Source of the DNA: a virus
Lineage: Duplodnaviria > Caudoviricetes
Direction: 5' to 3' (one strand)
IMG/VR virus record: IMGVR_UViG_3300020045_000192
Location: 1 to 35,722 of that record
DNA: 35,722 nucleotides
Made by a program: the position numbers and the translations under genes. Positions 1 through 8,591 of the stretch are shown here, one piece after another. Position 1 is the stretch's first letter; each line of letters opens with the position of its first letter. The notes beneath the pieces are model-generated. The model was not told the origin of the DNA. It worked only from the letters and a program-made list of their open reading frames with translations, and did no database searches.

Positions 1-104
1 CAAGTCTGTAACCAACAGCGCCAGCAACGCCCACGCATCAAAGTCCATGCAATGAACACGCAAGAGGACATGGTTGACGCGCAAGTGGTGCAAGGCATCA
101 TCCG
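1..104. repeat. Perfect 104-bp inverted copy of 1001-1104 (probable chimeric contig end)
   Basis: 1-104 is the exact reverse complement of 1001-1104, which lies inside the portal gene. Confidence 0.95.
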
Positions 105-1308
105 CGCCAGCGGCAGCAGCCATCACGCCAGCTTGAGGCGGTTCAGGTTGCAGACGTTGTGGCACAGGCGCAGGGCGGCCTTCAATGTCTGTTTGCTTGT
201 AACGCAAGACAGGGAAGGACTTGATGTTTGCTTGCGCCCAATCGTTTTCGTGGCCTTCGTCTTGACCTTCAGCCAACAGCCATTTGGCCTTTGGAGCCAA
301 TGCAACGCCTTCTGTAATAGAAGTCTGCCAGAAGTTATACATGCGCTGCGGGTCTTTGGCATAGCGAATCATGCCGAACTTCTTGCGCTTGTCACCAATC
401 ACGATATGGCGACCATACACAGGAACGATTGGGATGTAACGACCAGCCCATGAACCTTCTTCCACCACATCGTTTGCTGTCAGCTTGCAATATTTGATGG
501 TTTTCTTGTAAGAATCGCGTGAATCAATGACAGTAATTTTTGCAGCAGCCAAACGAGCAAAGAAGTCTTTGTCATCAGAGAAAGTGCTTGAGCCATCGCT
601 TAATTGGTACAAAGTGGCTTTTTCACGCACTGTGTAGTAATACTCAGCGAGGCGAATATCCTCTTTGGTAATCCACTCTGATTGGCTGTCACCTGTGCCG
701 CGCTGTGTGAACGATGTGCCGCCATCAACAGAAGCCTTTGGATAGAGCTTTGAAAACTCTTTCTTGGGCATCATTGTTGTAATCAAGCAACGGTCAGCGT
801 CAGAGCCATCAGGAGCCACAGAATTAGGGTCGAAATACACAGTGAACGGATTGTCCACAGGGTCAATGAAGATTTCTTGATCGAACGAATCTTCAGAAAC
901 GTAATCTGTGCGAACGCGCATAAAGCCCCAACCCATGCGAACAGCGTATTCAAAAGCGTTGTCATAAGCGTGGTCAGCGTTGGAATTGACTTCAATGTGA
1001 CGGATGATGCCTTGCACCACTTGCGCGTCAACCATGTCCTCTTGCGTGTTCATTGCATGGACTTTGATGCGTGGGCGTTGCTGGCGCTGTTGGTTACAGA
1101 CTTGGCGGCAATAGTTATCCACCTTGTTCACCGTAATGACAGGGCGTGATTCCAGATTGCGTGAGTTCTGCAACTCTACGGGCCATTGGTCGCCACCACC
1201 AAATTTCAGGTCTTCAAGCGCCTCTTGGCGGTTCATTGTGTCGGCATCATTTGCCAATTTCAAGAACTCAATTGCTTCTTGAATCCGTGGGTCGTAATCG
1301 TCTGCCAT
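105..1308 (-). CDS. Portal protein, P22 gp1-like, N-terminal ~400 aa (partial; absent from ORF track because it runs off the edge)
   Basis: Manual translation MADDYDPRIQEAIEFLKLANDADTMNRQEALEDLKFGGGDQWP...RP.ITVNKV...RQQRPRIKV; AGGA RBS; directly downstream of terL. Confidence 0.9.
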
Positions 1309-1338
1309 ATATGTCCTAGGTTGACAAGTTAGCCAATT

Positions 1339-2622
1339 TTAGCCCATCCAGCCATGAGCGCCACCATAATATTGCGTAGGTTTTACTTTCCTTCGCTCTT
1401 TAGGCTCGTTAATCATTAGACCGATGTAACGGAAAGCGTCAGCCCCGTGTGAATATTGGTCGTGAACTGGTGTTTTGCTGAACTGCTTGGTGTCTGGGTC
1501 AACATCGTAACGGTAGTGACGCAGGCACTGCAATCCTTCGTGGCAATTGTCACGGTCAAACCAGCAGTTTCTGAAGATGGTTCTGGCAGCGTTGATACTG
1601 TCCAAAATTGGGGTTTTGCCAATGATTTTGGTTTTGTAGCCAGCAGCCCTGACAATTTCTTCAATGCTTCGACCATTGCCAGCCAAAGTCTTGTTCTCAG
1701 CGTCATGCGGTAGCCATAGCGTGTCATAGATATACCCAAACGTTTGCATCTTTGCCAGATACTCGCTCATGGTCTGCTGATTGCCTTCAATGTAGCGAAT
1801 GATGCGGGTTTCCATGCCCACAAACTGCAAGAACCAAATGGCGGTAGCATCAGACCAACCCAAGTCAAAGATGGCGTGAACAGGCTTTGTGGGGTCATAG
1901 TTGACCTTTGTAATGCGCCCATCCAACTCAGCCACTTGCATTTCTTTGGCAAACACAGCGCCATCAACTGTTTGGCGGCACAAACCTTCCCAAACCACGT
2001 TGTAGGCTTGCGGGTCGCGTGTTTTGAGCTGGTCTTTCTCAAGACGTAGCGTGTCAGGAAACCAAGGGTTATCCGACCAGTTAATCTTGACCACCAAGCA
2101 ATCATCAGGCGGGTGAAGCACGAAACGTTGGTAAGTCTCGTCTGATTCCAACTCAGGGTTGAACGTAATCCAAATCTCAGAATTGGGCTTGCGGATAGTT
2201 GGGATAAGCACGTTCCAGCTCAAACGGCTGGTTGTCTGAGCTTCTTCCACCCAACAAATGTCCACACCTTCATAGGACTTGACGTTTGCCACGTTGTTCT
2301 TGAGGCCAACAAAGCTGAACTCTGACCCGTTCTTGCCACGGATGCTAGTTTGGGTGATTTCGTAGAACGAGCCAAGGCCAAGGGATTCAATCTGGTCGCA
2401 CAGCAGCTTGTGAACCGAATCCTTGATTGAAGTCTGAAACTCACGGGCGCACAGGATGCGTAATTGGTCCTTGGCGGCTTTAATCAGCAACGCCCTTGCC
2501 ACACCCCATGACTTAGCGCCACCACGCCCACCGTACAAGACTTTGTAGCGTGACTTCTCAAACAAGCATTGCAGCTTGATGGGAAACTGTGCATTAGCAA
2601 TGGCGGTGTTGACTTCTGACAT
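1339..2622 (-). CDS. terL: Terminase large subunit (PBSX/XtmB-like)
   Basis: YGGRGGAKS Walker A, WVEEAQ Walker B, TFNP motif, DLG and HGADAFRY nuclease motifs. Start moved to MSEVNT (AAGG RBS) because the longer ORF overlaps a tRNA. Confidence 0.95.
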   Translation of the reverse strand: MSEVNTAIANAQFPIKLQCLFEKSRYKVLYGGRGGAKSWGVARALLIKAAKDQLRILCAREFQTSIKDSVHKLLCDQIESLGLGSFYEITQTSIRGKNGSEFSFVGLKNNVANVKSYEGVDICWVEEAQTTSRLSWNVLIPTIRKPNSEIWITFNPELESDETYQRFVLHPPDDCLVVKINWSDNPWFPDTLRLEKDQLKTRDPQAYNVVWEGLCRQTVDGAVFAKEMQVAELDGRITKVNYDPTKPVHAIFDLGWSDATAIWFLQFVGMETRIIRYIEGNQQTMSEYLAKMQTFGYIYDTLWLPHDAENKTLAGNGRSIEEIVRAAGYKTKIIGKTPILDSINAARTIFRNCWFDRDNCHEGLQCLRHYRYDVDPDTKQFSKTPVHDQYSHGADAFRYIGLMINEPKERRKVKPTQYYGGAHGWMG

Positions 2623-2634
2623 TTTTTCCTTAAT

Positions 2635-2709
2635 TGGCTCCTCAACGTGGGGTCGAACCACGGACCAACAGATTAACAGTCTGCTGCTCTACCTCTGAGC
2701 TATTGAGGA
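2635..2709 (-). tRNA. tRNA-Asn (GTT) with encoded CCA
   Basis: TCCTCAA-TAGCTCAGAGGTAGAGC-A-GCAGA-CTGTTAA-TCTGT-TGGTC-CGTGG-TTCGACC-CCACG-TTGAGGA-GCCA folds as a canonical cloverleaf. Confidence 0.96.
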
Positions 2710-3120
2710 TTATTCTTCTGCTGGCTTCACAAACGTCACGTTAATGCCTGAAAGCAAAGGCGCACCATCAGCACCCGTGATCTCAGTCTTTGTGCTTTCA
2801 CGGTACTTCTTTGGGAATCGTGCAGCCATTGACCTTGCCCAAATGGATGCGTTTAGCTTGTCGCTTTCTTTGTTCTCAACCATGTGAGTTTGAGCCATGG
2901 TTTCCCACCAATCAAGTTCCATGTCTTTTGCAACCGCTATTGCTTCTCGAAATTCTGGGTGCGCATCCATCCATCGGTACAAAGTAGCCGTTCCAACGCC
3001 AAGAATAGCACCAATTGATTCAGTAGATTTGCCAATCTTTCCAAGCTCAATTGCTTGTTCACAGTATGACGGGTCATACAAACTTGGTCTTCCAACAGGT
3101 CGTGTTTGTGTGTCTTCCAT
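2710..3120 (-). CDS. terS: Terminase small subunit
   Basis: GRPSLY N-terminus, HTH (LGVGTATLYRW...HPEF), EITGADGAPL tail; lies upstream of terL. Confidence 0.85.
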   Translation of the reverse strand: MEDTQTRPVGRPSLYDPSYCEQAIELGKIGKSTESIGAILGVGTATLYRWMDAHPEFREAIAVAKDMELDWWETMAQTHMVENKESDKLNASIWARSMAARFPKKYRESTKTEITGADGAPLLSGINVTFVKPAEE

Positions 3121-3124
3121 AGCA

Positions 3125-3601
3125 TTAGGGCAATTGAATTGCCATCCATCGTTTAGGCACAATTGAAGGATTGGCTTGAGCCATCGCAACCATTGTTGTA
3201 GCAATCTGATTTAACAGACGGTAATCTTGTGTTCGTTTCAATTCGTTGTAACGCTTGCCAAGAAACTTTTTGACGGAAAAAAGATAATCTTGAACATATC
3301 CAGTTTCAAAACCTTCACCGCCTTTAGCAATATTTGTCAGTCCATGTCCAAGTTTTTTAAATTCTTCAATGTAATAGATTTCTGCTTTTTTCCAATCTTC
3401 TTGGCTTACTTCTTCAAGCACAATCAGCTTTGGCGTTAGGCTTTTACCCGTTACTTGGCGAATCCAGTTGCATTTATACGATACTTTGCCAGTTTTTGCT
3501 TCACGCAAATGACTTGCAAAACGCTCTTTTACACAGTCAGCCTTGCCCACATACCGAATTTCATCAGTTTCAGGGTCTGCCAATGCGTAAATAAATGTCA
3601 T
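3125..3601 (-). CDS. GIY-YIG family homing endonuclease-like protein
   Basis: FIYAL..P....RYVGKA....RF..H, E..YI and LTN...GGEG motifs. Confidence 0.8.
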   Translation of the reverse strand: MTFIYALADPETDEIRYVGKADCVKERFASHLREAKTGKVSYKCNWIRQVTGKSLTPKLIVLEEVSQEDWKKAEIYYIEEFKKLGHGLTNIAKGGEGFETGYVQDYLFSVKKFLGKRYNELKRTQDYRLLNQIATTMVAMAQANPSIVPKRWMAIQLP

Positions 3602-3720
3602 TTGTCTTTACCAGTTACCACAGTCGTTTGTTTATAAAGGCGTGGGCGCTTCTTTGGGTCTTTTTCTTCAAGCATCTTGCCCAACTTCCACAAAAGCCAT
3701 TGAATCTTACGCTTGAACAT
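3598..3720 (-). CDS. 40-aa basic hypothetical protein
   Basis: MFKRKIQWLLWKLGKMLEEKDPKK...; ATGA coupling to the GIY-YIG gene. Confidence 0.5.
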   Translation of the reverse strand: MFKRKIQWLLWKLGKMLEEKDPKKRPRLYKQTTVVTGKDK

Positions 3721-3910
3721 TGTTTTCACCAAAGTAAGCCAACAGGTCAATGTCTTCATTCAGGTTCTTGAACCGTTCCTCAAACGAGTAGACGATGCCT
3801 TTATACAAGCTGACATAGTAGCGATTGCCGTTCTTTTTGTAGAACTCCAACTGCTTCTTGGCTATGCCGTAAGCCATTGCCAGCGTGTAAATGTTCTCTT
3901 TAACTATCAT
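3707..3910 (-). CDS. Hypothetical protein
   Basis: ORF coupled by ATGA to GroES. Confidence 0.6.
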   Translation of the reverse strand: MIVKENIYTLAMAYGIAKKQLEFYKKNGNRYYVSLYKGIVYSFEERFKNLNEDIDLLAYFGENNVQA

Positions 3911-4191
3911 TCTTCAACAAAACAAATGTCTTGCCAACTCATTTTCAGGCATTGGTCATCACCCAACTTCAGCGGCTCAAACTTCAAATATTCGTCTTTA
4001 GCTGTGTTGGCTACCGTACCAAAGTGGACTTTATCGCCCATCTTTAGCCCCTGGCGCTCTGCTTCGTCACCCAAAGCGACCACATGGCCTGTCGTTGGGT
4101 AGCCTTCCACCTTGCTCAAATCCAAGACTTCAGACTTAAAGCGTTGCTCAGGTTTGACAATAATTTTGTCTCGCAATGGCTTAATGTTCAT
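3907..4191 (-). CDS. groES: GroES-like co-chaperonin (Cpn10)
   Basis: MNIKPLRDKIIVK...GHVVALG...LKMGDKVHF...DI pattern, 94 aa. Confidence 0.8.
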   Translation of the reverse strand: MNIKPLRDKIIVKPEQRFKSEVLDLSKVEGYPTTGHVVALGDEAERQGLKMGDKVHFGTVANTAKDEYLKFEPLKLGDDQCLKMSWQDICFVEE

Positions 4192-4505
4192 GCCGCCACC
4201 TTCTTGGTGTACTTGCGTTTTGGCTTTTTGTCATAGCCTGTTTCAATAATCGTTTGTTCAAGTGCTTTTTGAGCATCTTCCAATGAAATTTTTGGATGCC
4301 CAAGCATTTCACCCAATGTTTGCTTCATTTCACGAACAGGCAATGCCAACATATCAGGCACAGGCTCTGAGTAAGGCACAGGCGTGAATTCACCGCACCA
4401 TTCATTTGGTGAACGGGTCTGGAACAGCGGAAAGCGCCGACAAGTTCCAATGGCCTGCCCACTATCACAGAAGTGGTCACAAGCCTTACAATTCTTAACA
4501 GACAT
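4188..4505 (-). CDS. Cys-rich metal-binding hypothetical protein
   Basis: CKACDHF...GTCRRFP...EWCGEF; AAGGAG RBS. Confidence 0.7.
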   Translation of the reverse strand: MSVKNCKACDHFCDSGQAIGTCRRFPLFQTRSPNEWCGEFTPVPYSEPVPDMLALPVREMKQTLGEMLGHPKISLEDAQKALEQTIIETGYDKKPKRKYTKKVAA

Positions 4506-4532
4506 GGCGAATCTCCTTATTTGCCTTGTTTA

Positions 4533-4569
4533 GAAGCCCTTGCAGTTCCTTCTCAACTGCTTGGGCTTC
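4533..4569. other. Intergenic hairpin (GAAGCCC/GCAGTT stems)
   Basis: Minus strand reads GAAGCCC-AA-GCAGTT-GAGAAGG-AACTGC-AA-GGGCTTC. Confidence 0.55.
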
Positions 4570-4574
4570 GCTTT

Positions 4575-4790
4575 TTAGCGGTAAGCTGCTTTTTCTTTAA
4601 CGTAGCAGATGCCAGCAGTGCGACCAGTGTCGAACTTCTTGTCAGCGCCCACTGCGTCTTCTTTACCCATAGCCACGCCACCGCGCAAGCCTTCTTTACG
4701 CTCACCAGTACGGTCAGAAGAAGTTGCGCCCATTGGTGCTTTTGCGCCAGTAGTGCTAGGGATGCCTTTGTTTGAATCCATTTTACCCAT
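4575..4790 (-). CDS. Gly/Lys-rich hypothetical protein (71 aa)
   Basis: MGKMDSNKG start with AAAGGA RBS, downstream of a consensus promoter. Confidence 0.7.
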   Translation of the reverse strand: MGKMDSNKGIPSTTGAKAPMGATSSDRTGERKEGLRGGVAMGKEDAVGADKKFDTGRTAGICYVKEKAAYR

Positions 4791-4821
4791 GATGTTTCCT
4801 TTAGGGATTAAGTGTTTGGTA

Positions 4822-4850
4822 ACTTTATGCCGTTGGTGGCACAATGTCAA
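4822..4850 (-). promoter_or_regulatory. sigma70 promoter heading the packaging/structural operon
   Basis: TTGACA-17 bp-TAAAGT. Confidence 0.65.
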
Positions 4851-4872
4851 TGCAATTTTAACAGGAAATCCT

Positions 4873-5037
4873 ATGCCTACCAATTTTAAAGTCTCTGGCG
4901 ACATGAAATCTAAAAAGACCCCAACAGGTCATTATGAACCTGTCAAAGAGCATCGTGAAGAAATGAAGCGTATTGCAGCTTTGGAAAAAGAACTCAAGCG
5001 CCACGAGAAAATGCCAGCGTCTAAGGCTCACGGTTAA
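4873..5037 (+). CDS. 54-aa basic protein on the opposite strand
   Basis: ACAGGA RBS, MPTNFKVSG...; fills an otherwise empty gap. Confidence 0.6.
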   Translation: MPTNFKVSGDMKSKKTPTGHYEPVKEHREEMKRIAALEKELKRHEKMPASKAHG

Positions 5038-5341
5038 GCTCGTCAGGCCATTTGCCTTGGCCTTTTAGCTTTGCCTCGGTCTTTTGATAGGCCATTTGCC
5101 ACAACATTCGGCGCTGTTCCTTGTTGAGCCTTGCGCCTTGGTCTAGTTCCATGTGGCATTTTTGACACAAAGCGGCTGTGAATTCGTCACTTGCCTTGAT
5201 TCCCCTGCCTTTGCCGTGTTCAGCCCAATTGCTGTGAGCGGCTTGGGTTTCGCCTTCTATGTAGCAGTTTTGGCATGGCAAGCTGGCTACGTTTTGAAGG
5301 TGCTTTTTGCTACGAAAGTAGTTGAACTTGGGGATCATCAT
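5021..5341 (-). CDS. DUF968/DUF1364-like Zn-binding HNH-fold protein
   Basis: LPCQNC...AAH...GKGRGIKASD..LCQKCH motifs. Confidence 0.7.
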   Translation of the reverse strand: MMIPKFNYFRSKKHLQNVASLPCQNCYIEGETQAAHSNWAEHGKGRGIKASDEFTAALCQKCHMELDQGARLNKEQRRMLWQMAYQKTEAKLKGQGKWPDELNREP

Positions 5342-5595
5342 GCTTCACCTCTTGCTCGAATTGATTGGGCGCAGCACTCTGCTGCTTCGTTCCAGTATGT
5401 TGGACAACACCCGTTATCAGGACCTTCGCCAACATCGTTTTCACACACCTTTGCACACGCCTCACGCTCTTTGGCTGCTACGAGTTTGGCAAAGGCTTCA
5501 ATACCTTGCATGACATTGTCGTGAGGCATCAAATACGGACTGTTCGCGATAAGACCAGCCTCTTTAGCCATCTCAATGATTTCATCTTGTGTCAT
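5338..5595 (-). CDS. Hypothetical phage protein (EREACAK...IRARG type)
   Basis: ATGA-coupled on both sides; recurrent small phage motif set. Confidence 0.7.
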   Translation of the reverse strand: MTQDEIIEMAKEAGLIANSPYLMPHDNVMQGIEAFAKLVAAKEREACAKVCENDVGEGPDNGCCPTYWNEAAECCAQSIRARGEA

Positions 5596-6050
5596 ACGAT
5601 TTCCACCACATCTTTCCCGTGACTTTTAATGTAATTGGCGGTCTTACGAATCATCTTTTCGTATTCTGACCGTGGGATGCTGGTGCGCTGAAGGTCGTGA
5701 AACTCCCACACATCCTTGATTGCCTTGATTCCTGCGCCTGACAAGCCCATCTTTTTGGTTTCTTGATAGCGTTTGGCAGATTCCAGCATAGCAGCCTGGG
5801 CTTCTTGGCAATACGGCAGGACTTCAGGGCCAATATTAGCTTTGCCCATTGTTTCGGCAATGTTGATAACATCAGCAAGCCAGCGCCAATCTTCTGTTGT
5901 TCCCTTGCCTTTGGTCATTGCGTCAATGGCTGAAAGCTCACAAAGTCGCAGTTTGTCCAATGATTGCTTGTCAGACACAGCAGCGCCAGCGAGTCCATGA
6001 GCCAAACTGTTTAGTAATGGATAAACTTTTCTTCGACATTTTTTACGCAT
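5592..6050 (-). CDS. Hypothetical phage protein
   Basis: Coupled ORF starting MRKKCRRK. Confidence 0.7.
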   Translation of the reverse strand: MRKKCRRKVYPLLNSLAHGLAGAAVSDKQSLDKLRLCELSAIDAMTKGKGTTEDWRWLADVINIAETMGKANIGPEVLPYCQEAQAAMLESAKRYQETKKMGLSGAGIKAIKDVWEFHDLQRTSIPRSEYEKMIRKTANYIKSHGKDVVEIV

Positions 6051-6528
6051 GACGTGCAAACTCCTTGTGACATTCTTGCCTAAAATTTTTTATTGCATTA
6101 GCTGCATCTTCAATATTTTTAAAATAACCAACAACTTTTGGTTTTCCATAAATGTTTAATTTTGCAACCCATCGTTTTTCTCTTGCATACCAAGAAACGC
6201 CTTTGTAACCAGATTTGTTTGTTACTTTTATGCCTTGATTCCAATTGTTTTGTGACTGATTGCATTCACGCAAATTTTCAATTCTGTTATCAAGAGGATT
6301 GCCATTGATGTGGTCAATTTGTTTTGGCATACAACCATAATGCAACAACCAAACAACTCGATGGTTGTAATATTTTTTACCCTTAAAAGAAAAATATTTG
6401 TATCGTCTAAGGTCGCCATTTCCAACAATGGTTCCTTTTATTGATTTTGTTGATGTTGTGATTTTTCGTTTTAACTCGCCATTAGGCAAATATTCTAAAA
6501 GCTCATTGACTTTTTCATAGGTCAGCAT
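6043..6528 (-). CDS. HNH homing endonuclease with AP2-like C-terminal domain
   Basis: HRVVW...IDHINGNPLDNRIENLR...N..N...SGYKGVSW; AT-rich DNA. Confidence 0.92.
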   Translation of the reverse strand: MLTYEKVNELLEYLPNGELKRKITTSTKSIKGTIVGNGDLRRYKYFSFKGKKYYNHRVVWLLHYGCMPKQIDHINGNPLDNRIENLRECNQSQNNWNQGIKVTNKSGYKGVSWYAREKRWVAKLNIYGKPKVVGYFKNIEDAANAIKNFRQECHKEFARHA

Positions 6529-6562
6529 GATGAATCTCTCATGTTACGAATCATTAAAGGTT

Positions 6563-6610
6563 GTGGCAGGCAGTGATTCAATCTGCTTTTCCCCCGCTAA
6601 AGGTAGCCAC
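6563..6610 (-). ncRNA. c4-like three-way-junction RNA upstream of the HNH gene
   Basis: GUGGC-UA-CCUU(UAGC)GGGG-GAAAA-GCAG(AUUGAAUCA)CUGC-CU-GCCAC. Confidence 0.6.
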
Positions 6611-6619
6611 GCTCATATT

Positions 6620-7024
6620 TTACTCAAAAGTGATGCCGTTTGTAGCGCCCCATGCTTGTAAAAATTCAACAAAATCACTTGCTTGCTCTTTTGTAAATTT
6701 TCGTGTTTGCTGACCTAGCTGACAAATTCCATCACCAGACAAGTTTGGAATCACTCGACCAGATGACAAGCCATTTTGTTTGCAAAATTCTTGCACTAAA
6801 AGTCTTTTCCAATCCTCTGCATCCCACTTTGCACCTAGATGCTGGGCTTGTTTTGCAATCTGTCCAATCAATTCGTGATACAGGCGCTCTTGCTCACGGC
6901 TTTTGCTTGCGTCTTTGACTTCTAGCGTCAGTTTGCGCCCTGCCGCCAATGCTGCCTTGACTTTAGGCCAAAGGCTTTGCATTAGCGCAGATGCTTGCTG
7001 CTGGTCAATCAGGTCGTATCTCAT
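6620..7024 (-). CDS. ninB: NinB-like recombination protein
   Basis: KSREQ..LYH.LIGQIAKQ...W.AEDWKRLL...LG..T.K.......F.EFL.AWGA. Confidence 0.8.
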   Translation of the reverse strand: MRYDLIDQQQASALMQSLWPKVKAALAAGRKLTLEVKDASKSREQERLYHELIGQIAKQAQHLGAKWDAEDWKRLLVQEFCKQNGLSSGRVIPNLSGDGICQLGQQTRKFTKEQASDFVEFLQAWGATNGITFE

Positions 7025-7272
7025 TTGAGCCTGTCAGCAACCAAAGTGCTGTAACCCGCAACGTCATGCCACGAATCAAAGTAATTCGGATTGCCGTTCA
7101 AGATTCTCGCAATCTTGTGAGCCACCATTTCCAATGCTTCAATCTGGTCTGCGTCAAGTTCATACAAGCCGTGTTCACGCATCACGTTTTTAAGGTCTTG
7201 GCTGATTTTTGCGTGTGTTGCAAATTCGCCGTAAGTTTTTTGACGCTGTTTCAAAGTTTTTTCAATAGTCAT
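7021..7272 (-). CDS. DUF6378-like protein
   Basis: TL.QR...YG.F...KIARIL.G.P...DSW.DVAGY. Confidence 0.75.
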   Translation of the reverse strand: MTIEKTLKQRQKTYGEFATHAKISQDLKNVMREHGLYELDADQIEALEMVAHKIARILNGNPNYFDSWHDVAGYSTLVADRLK

Positions 7273-7559
7273 TTGATTGCTCCAATAAATTTCAATGCTT
7301 GCTCTGGATTCTCTACAACGCCCAAGAAGGCGCTTTTCCATTCCTCATGCCACTTCACTTGGTCTGGTGTTAATTGACGCTTTGACGGCGGTTGTCGCCC
7401 ATCCTTGACCTCAATAAGATAGAACGCGCCTTGGTATTTGACCAACAGGTCAGGTACGCCTTTGCCAACAGCCGCCAAAGACTGAACTTGAGCGCCAGCC
7501 GCCCGTAGCGCACTGACCACCGCTTCTTGATTTGCGTCAATTTTTGCCGCCCTTCTCAT
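7269..7559 (-). CDS. VRR-NUC / Holliday junction resolvase-like nuclease
   Basis: DANQ..VV.ALR..G, GVPDLLV, IEVKDG and LTPDQ..W motifs. Confidence 0.85.
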   Translation of the reverse strand: MRRAAKIDANQEAVVSALRAAGAQVQSLAAVGKGVPDLLVKYQGAFYLIEVKDGRQPPSKRQLTPDQVKWHEEWKSAFLGVVENPEQALKFIGAIK

Positions 7560-7711
7560 TGAAGTTCCATCGGCAACTCAACAACTGGCAAAGCCAAGAT
7601 AGTCTCTTTGGCGTACTCAAACCCCAAGTCGTATGCGTTGCTCATGACTGTTACTGTGTTTTCATCGCAGCCTACGCCACGCAACATTGCGATCATGTCA
7701 TCTTTATTCAT
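7556..7711 (-). CDS. 51-aa hypothetical protein
   Basis: MNKDDMIAMLRGVGCDEN...; ATGA-coupled at both ends. Confidence 0.65.
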   Translation of the reverse strand: MNKDDMIAMLRGVGCDENTVTVMSNAYDLGFEYAKETILALPVVELPMELQ

Positions 7712-8487
7712 GATTTATCTTTCTCAGGATAAGTTTGGATAATTCCGTGGGCGGCTTCGATTGCTCGAAAGGCTGCATTAGCAAGTTCTGTTTCAGAGTA
7801 CGCACCAAGCACGCATTCCTTTGCAAACACTAACAAAGGGTTCTCATCCGTCAGCGGCTTACGCTCCGCTATGCGTTGTTGTTGTTGTTGCGAGAGTCCT
7901 CGAGCTTCGCCCTGCGGTGGTGTGGTGTAGCGTTTCATGTACGGTATAAATCCACGCAAGATACGAAGCGCAAGCATTGCGTCCTTGTTCACAGGGTCAT
8001 GGAATGGGTTCGTTCTGCTGTGATGTTCTTCAATTACTCGGTCAAATGCTTCACACATATCGTCTAGGTTGTATCCAGCCCACGCCACAGGCTCACCATG
8101 CTCTTGCTTCATGCCTTGTTGACGACCTGCCTCAAACCCAGCCTCATAGAAGTATCGATCTGCCGATGTTGCAGGGCCAGTTGGTCGCTCTTGCTTCTCT
8201 GCCCCCGCGATGGAGCGCATTTTGGCAATCACAGCAAACGGGTCTTCTCCCCACTTCACCCCAAGTGCCGTATATAAGTCCATCATGTGCGCGGCTTTGG
8301 CTGCATCACTGCCTTGGTAGTTGTCTTGCTCACCCTGCTCTACCTCGCTAACGCTCGTTTGCTTGGCTAGTGCTTCTTCTAGGGCTGTAATTGCGTGGCG
8401 ATACGCATCTTCACCTTCTACTTCAATGATGAAGTTATTTGCATCTTCCAACGCCTCAAGCGCCAGCTTCATTGCTTCTTTACTCAT
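7708..8487 (-). CDS. Mosaic hypothetical protein (EPVAW / YTTPP / RKPLTD motifs)
   Basis: Coupled ORF with short recurrent phage motifs bracketing unrelated segments. Confidence 0.7.
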   Translation of the reverse strand: MSKEAMKLALEALEDANNFIIEVEGEDAYRHAITALEEALAKQTSVSEVEQGEQDNYQGSDAAKAAHMMDLYTALGVKWGEDPFAVIAKMRSIAGAEKQERPTGPATSADRYFYEAGFEAGRQQGMKQEHGEPVAWAGYNLDDMCEAFDRVIEEHHSRTNPFHDPVNKDAMLALRILRGFIPYMKRYTTPPQGEARGLSQQQQQRIAERKPLTDENPLLVFAKECVLGAYSETELANAAFRAIEAAHGIIQTYPEKDKS

Positions 8488-8591
8488 AGCGGTGCATCCT
8501 CAGTTTGTTGGCGTTGCTGTTGAGCATATTGTTTGATTTGTTTTGCAGTCCAAGGAACTGCGCCTGTGGCTGGTGGAAAAGGCCAGTTCAT
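8484..8591 (-). CDS. 35-aa hypothetical protein
   Basis: MNWPFPPATGAVPWT...EDAPL; ATGA-coupled. Confidence 0.6.
   Translation of the reverse strand: MNWPFPPATGAVPWTAKQIKQYAQQQRQQTEDAPL

Noticed and set aside
52-453. 133-aa plus-strand ORF starting with portal-like residues
   Set aside because: Product of the inverted duplicate fused to the portal antisense strand
2623-2661. N-terminal extension of terL in the ORF track
   Set aside because: Overlaps the tRNA; the RBS supports the ATG at 2622
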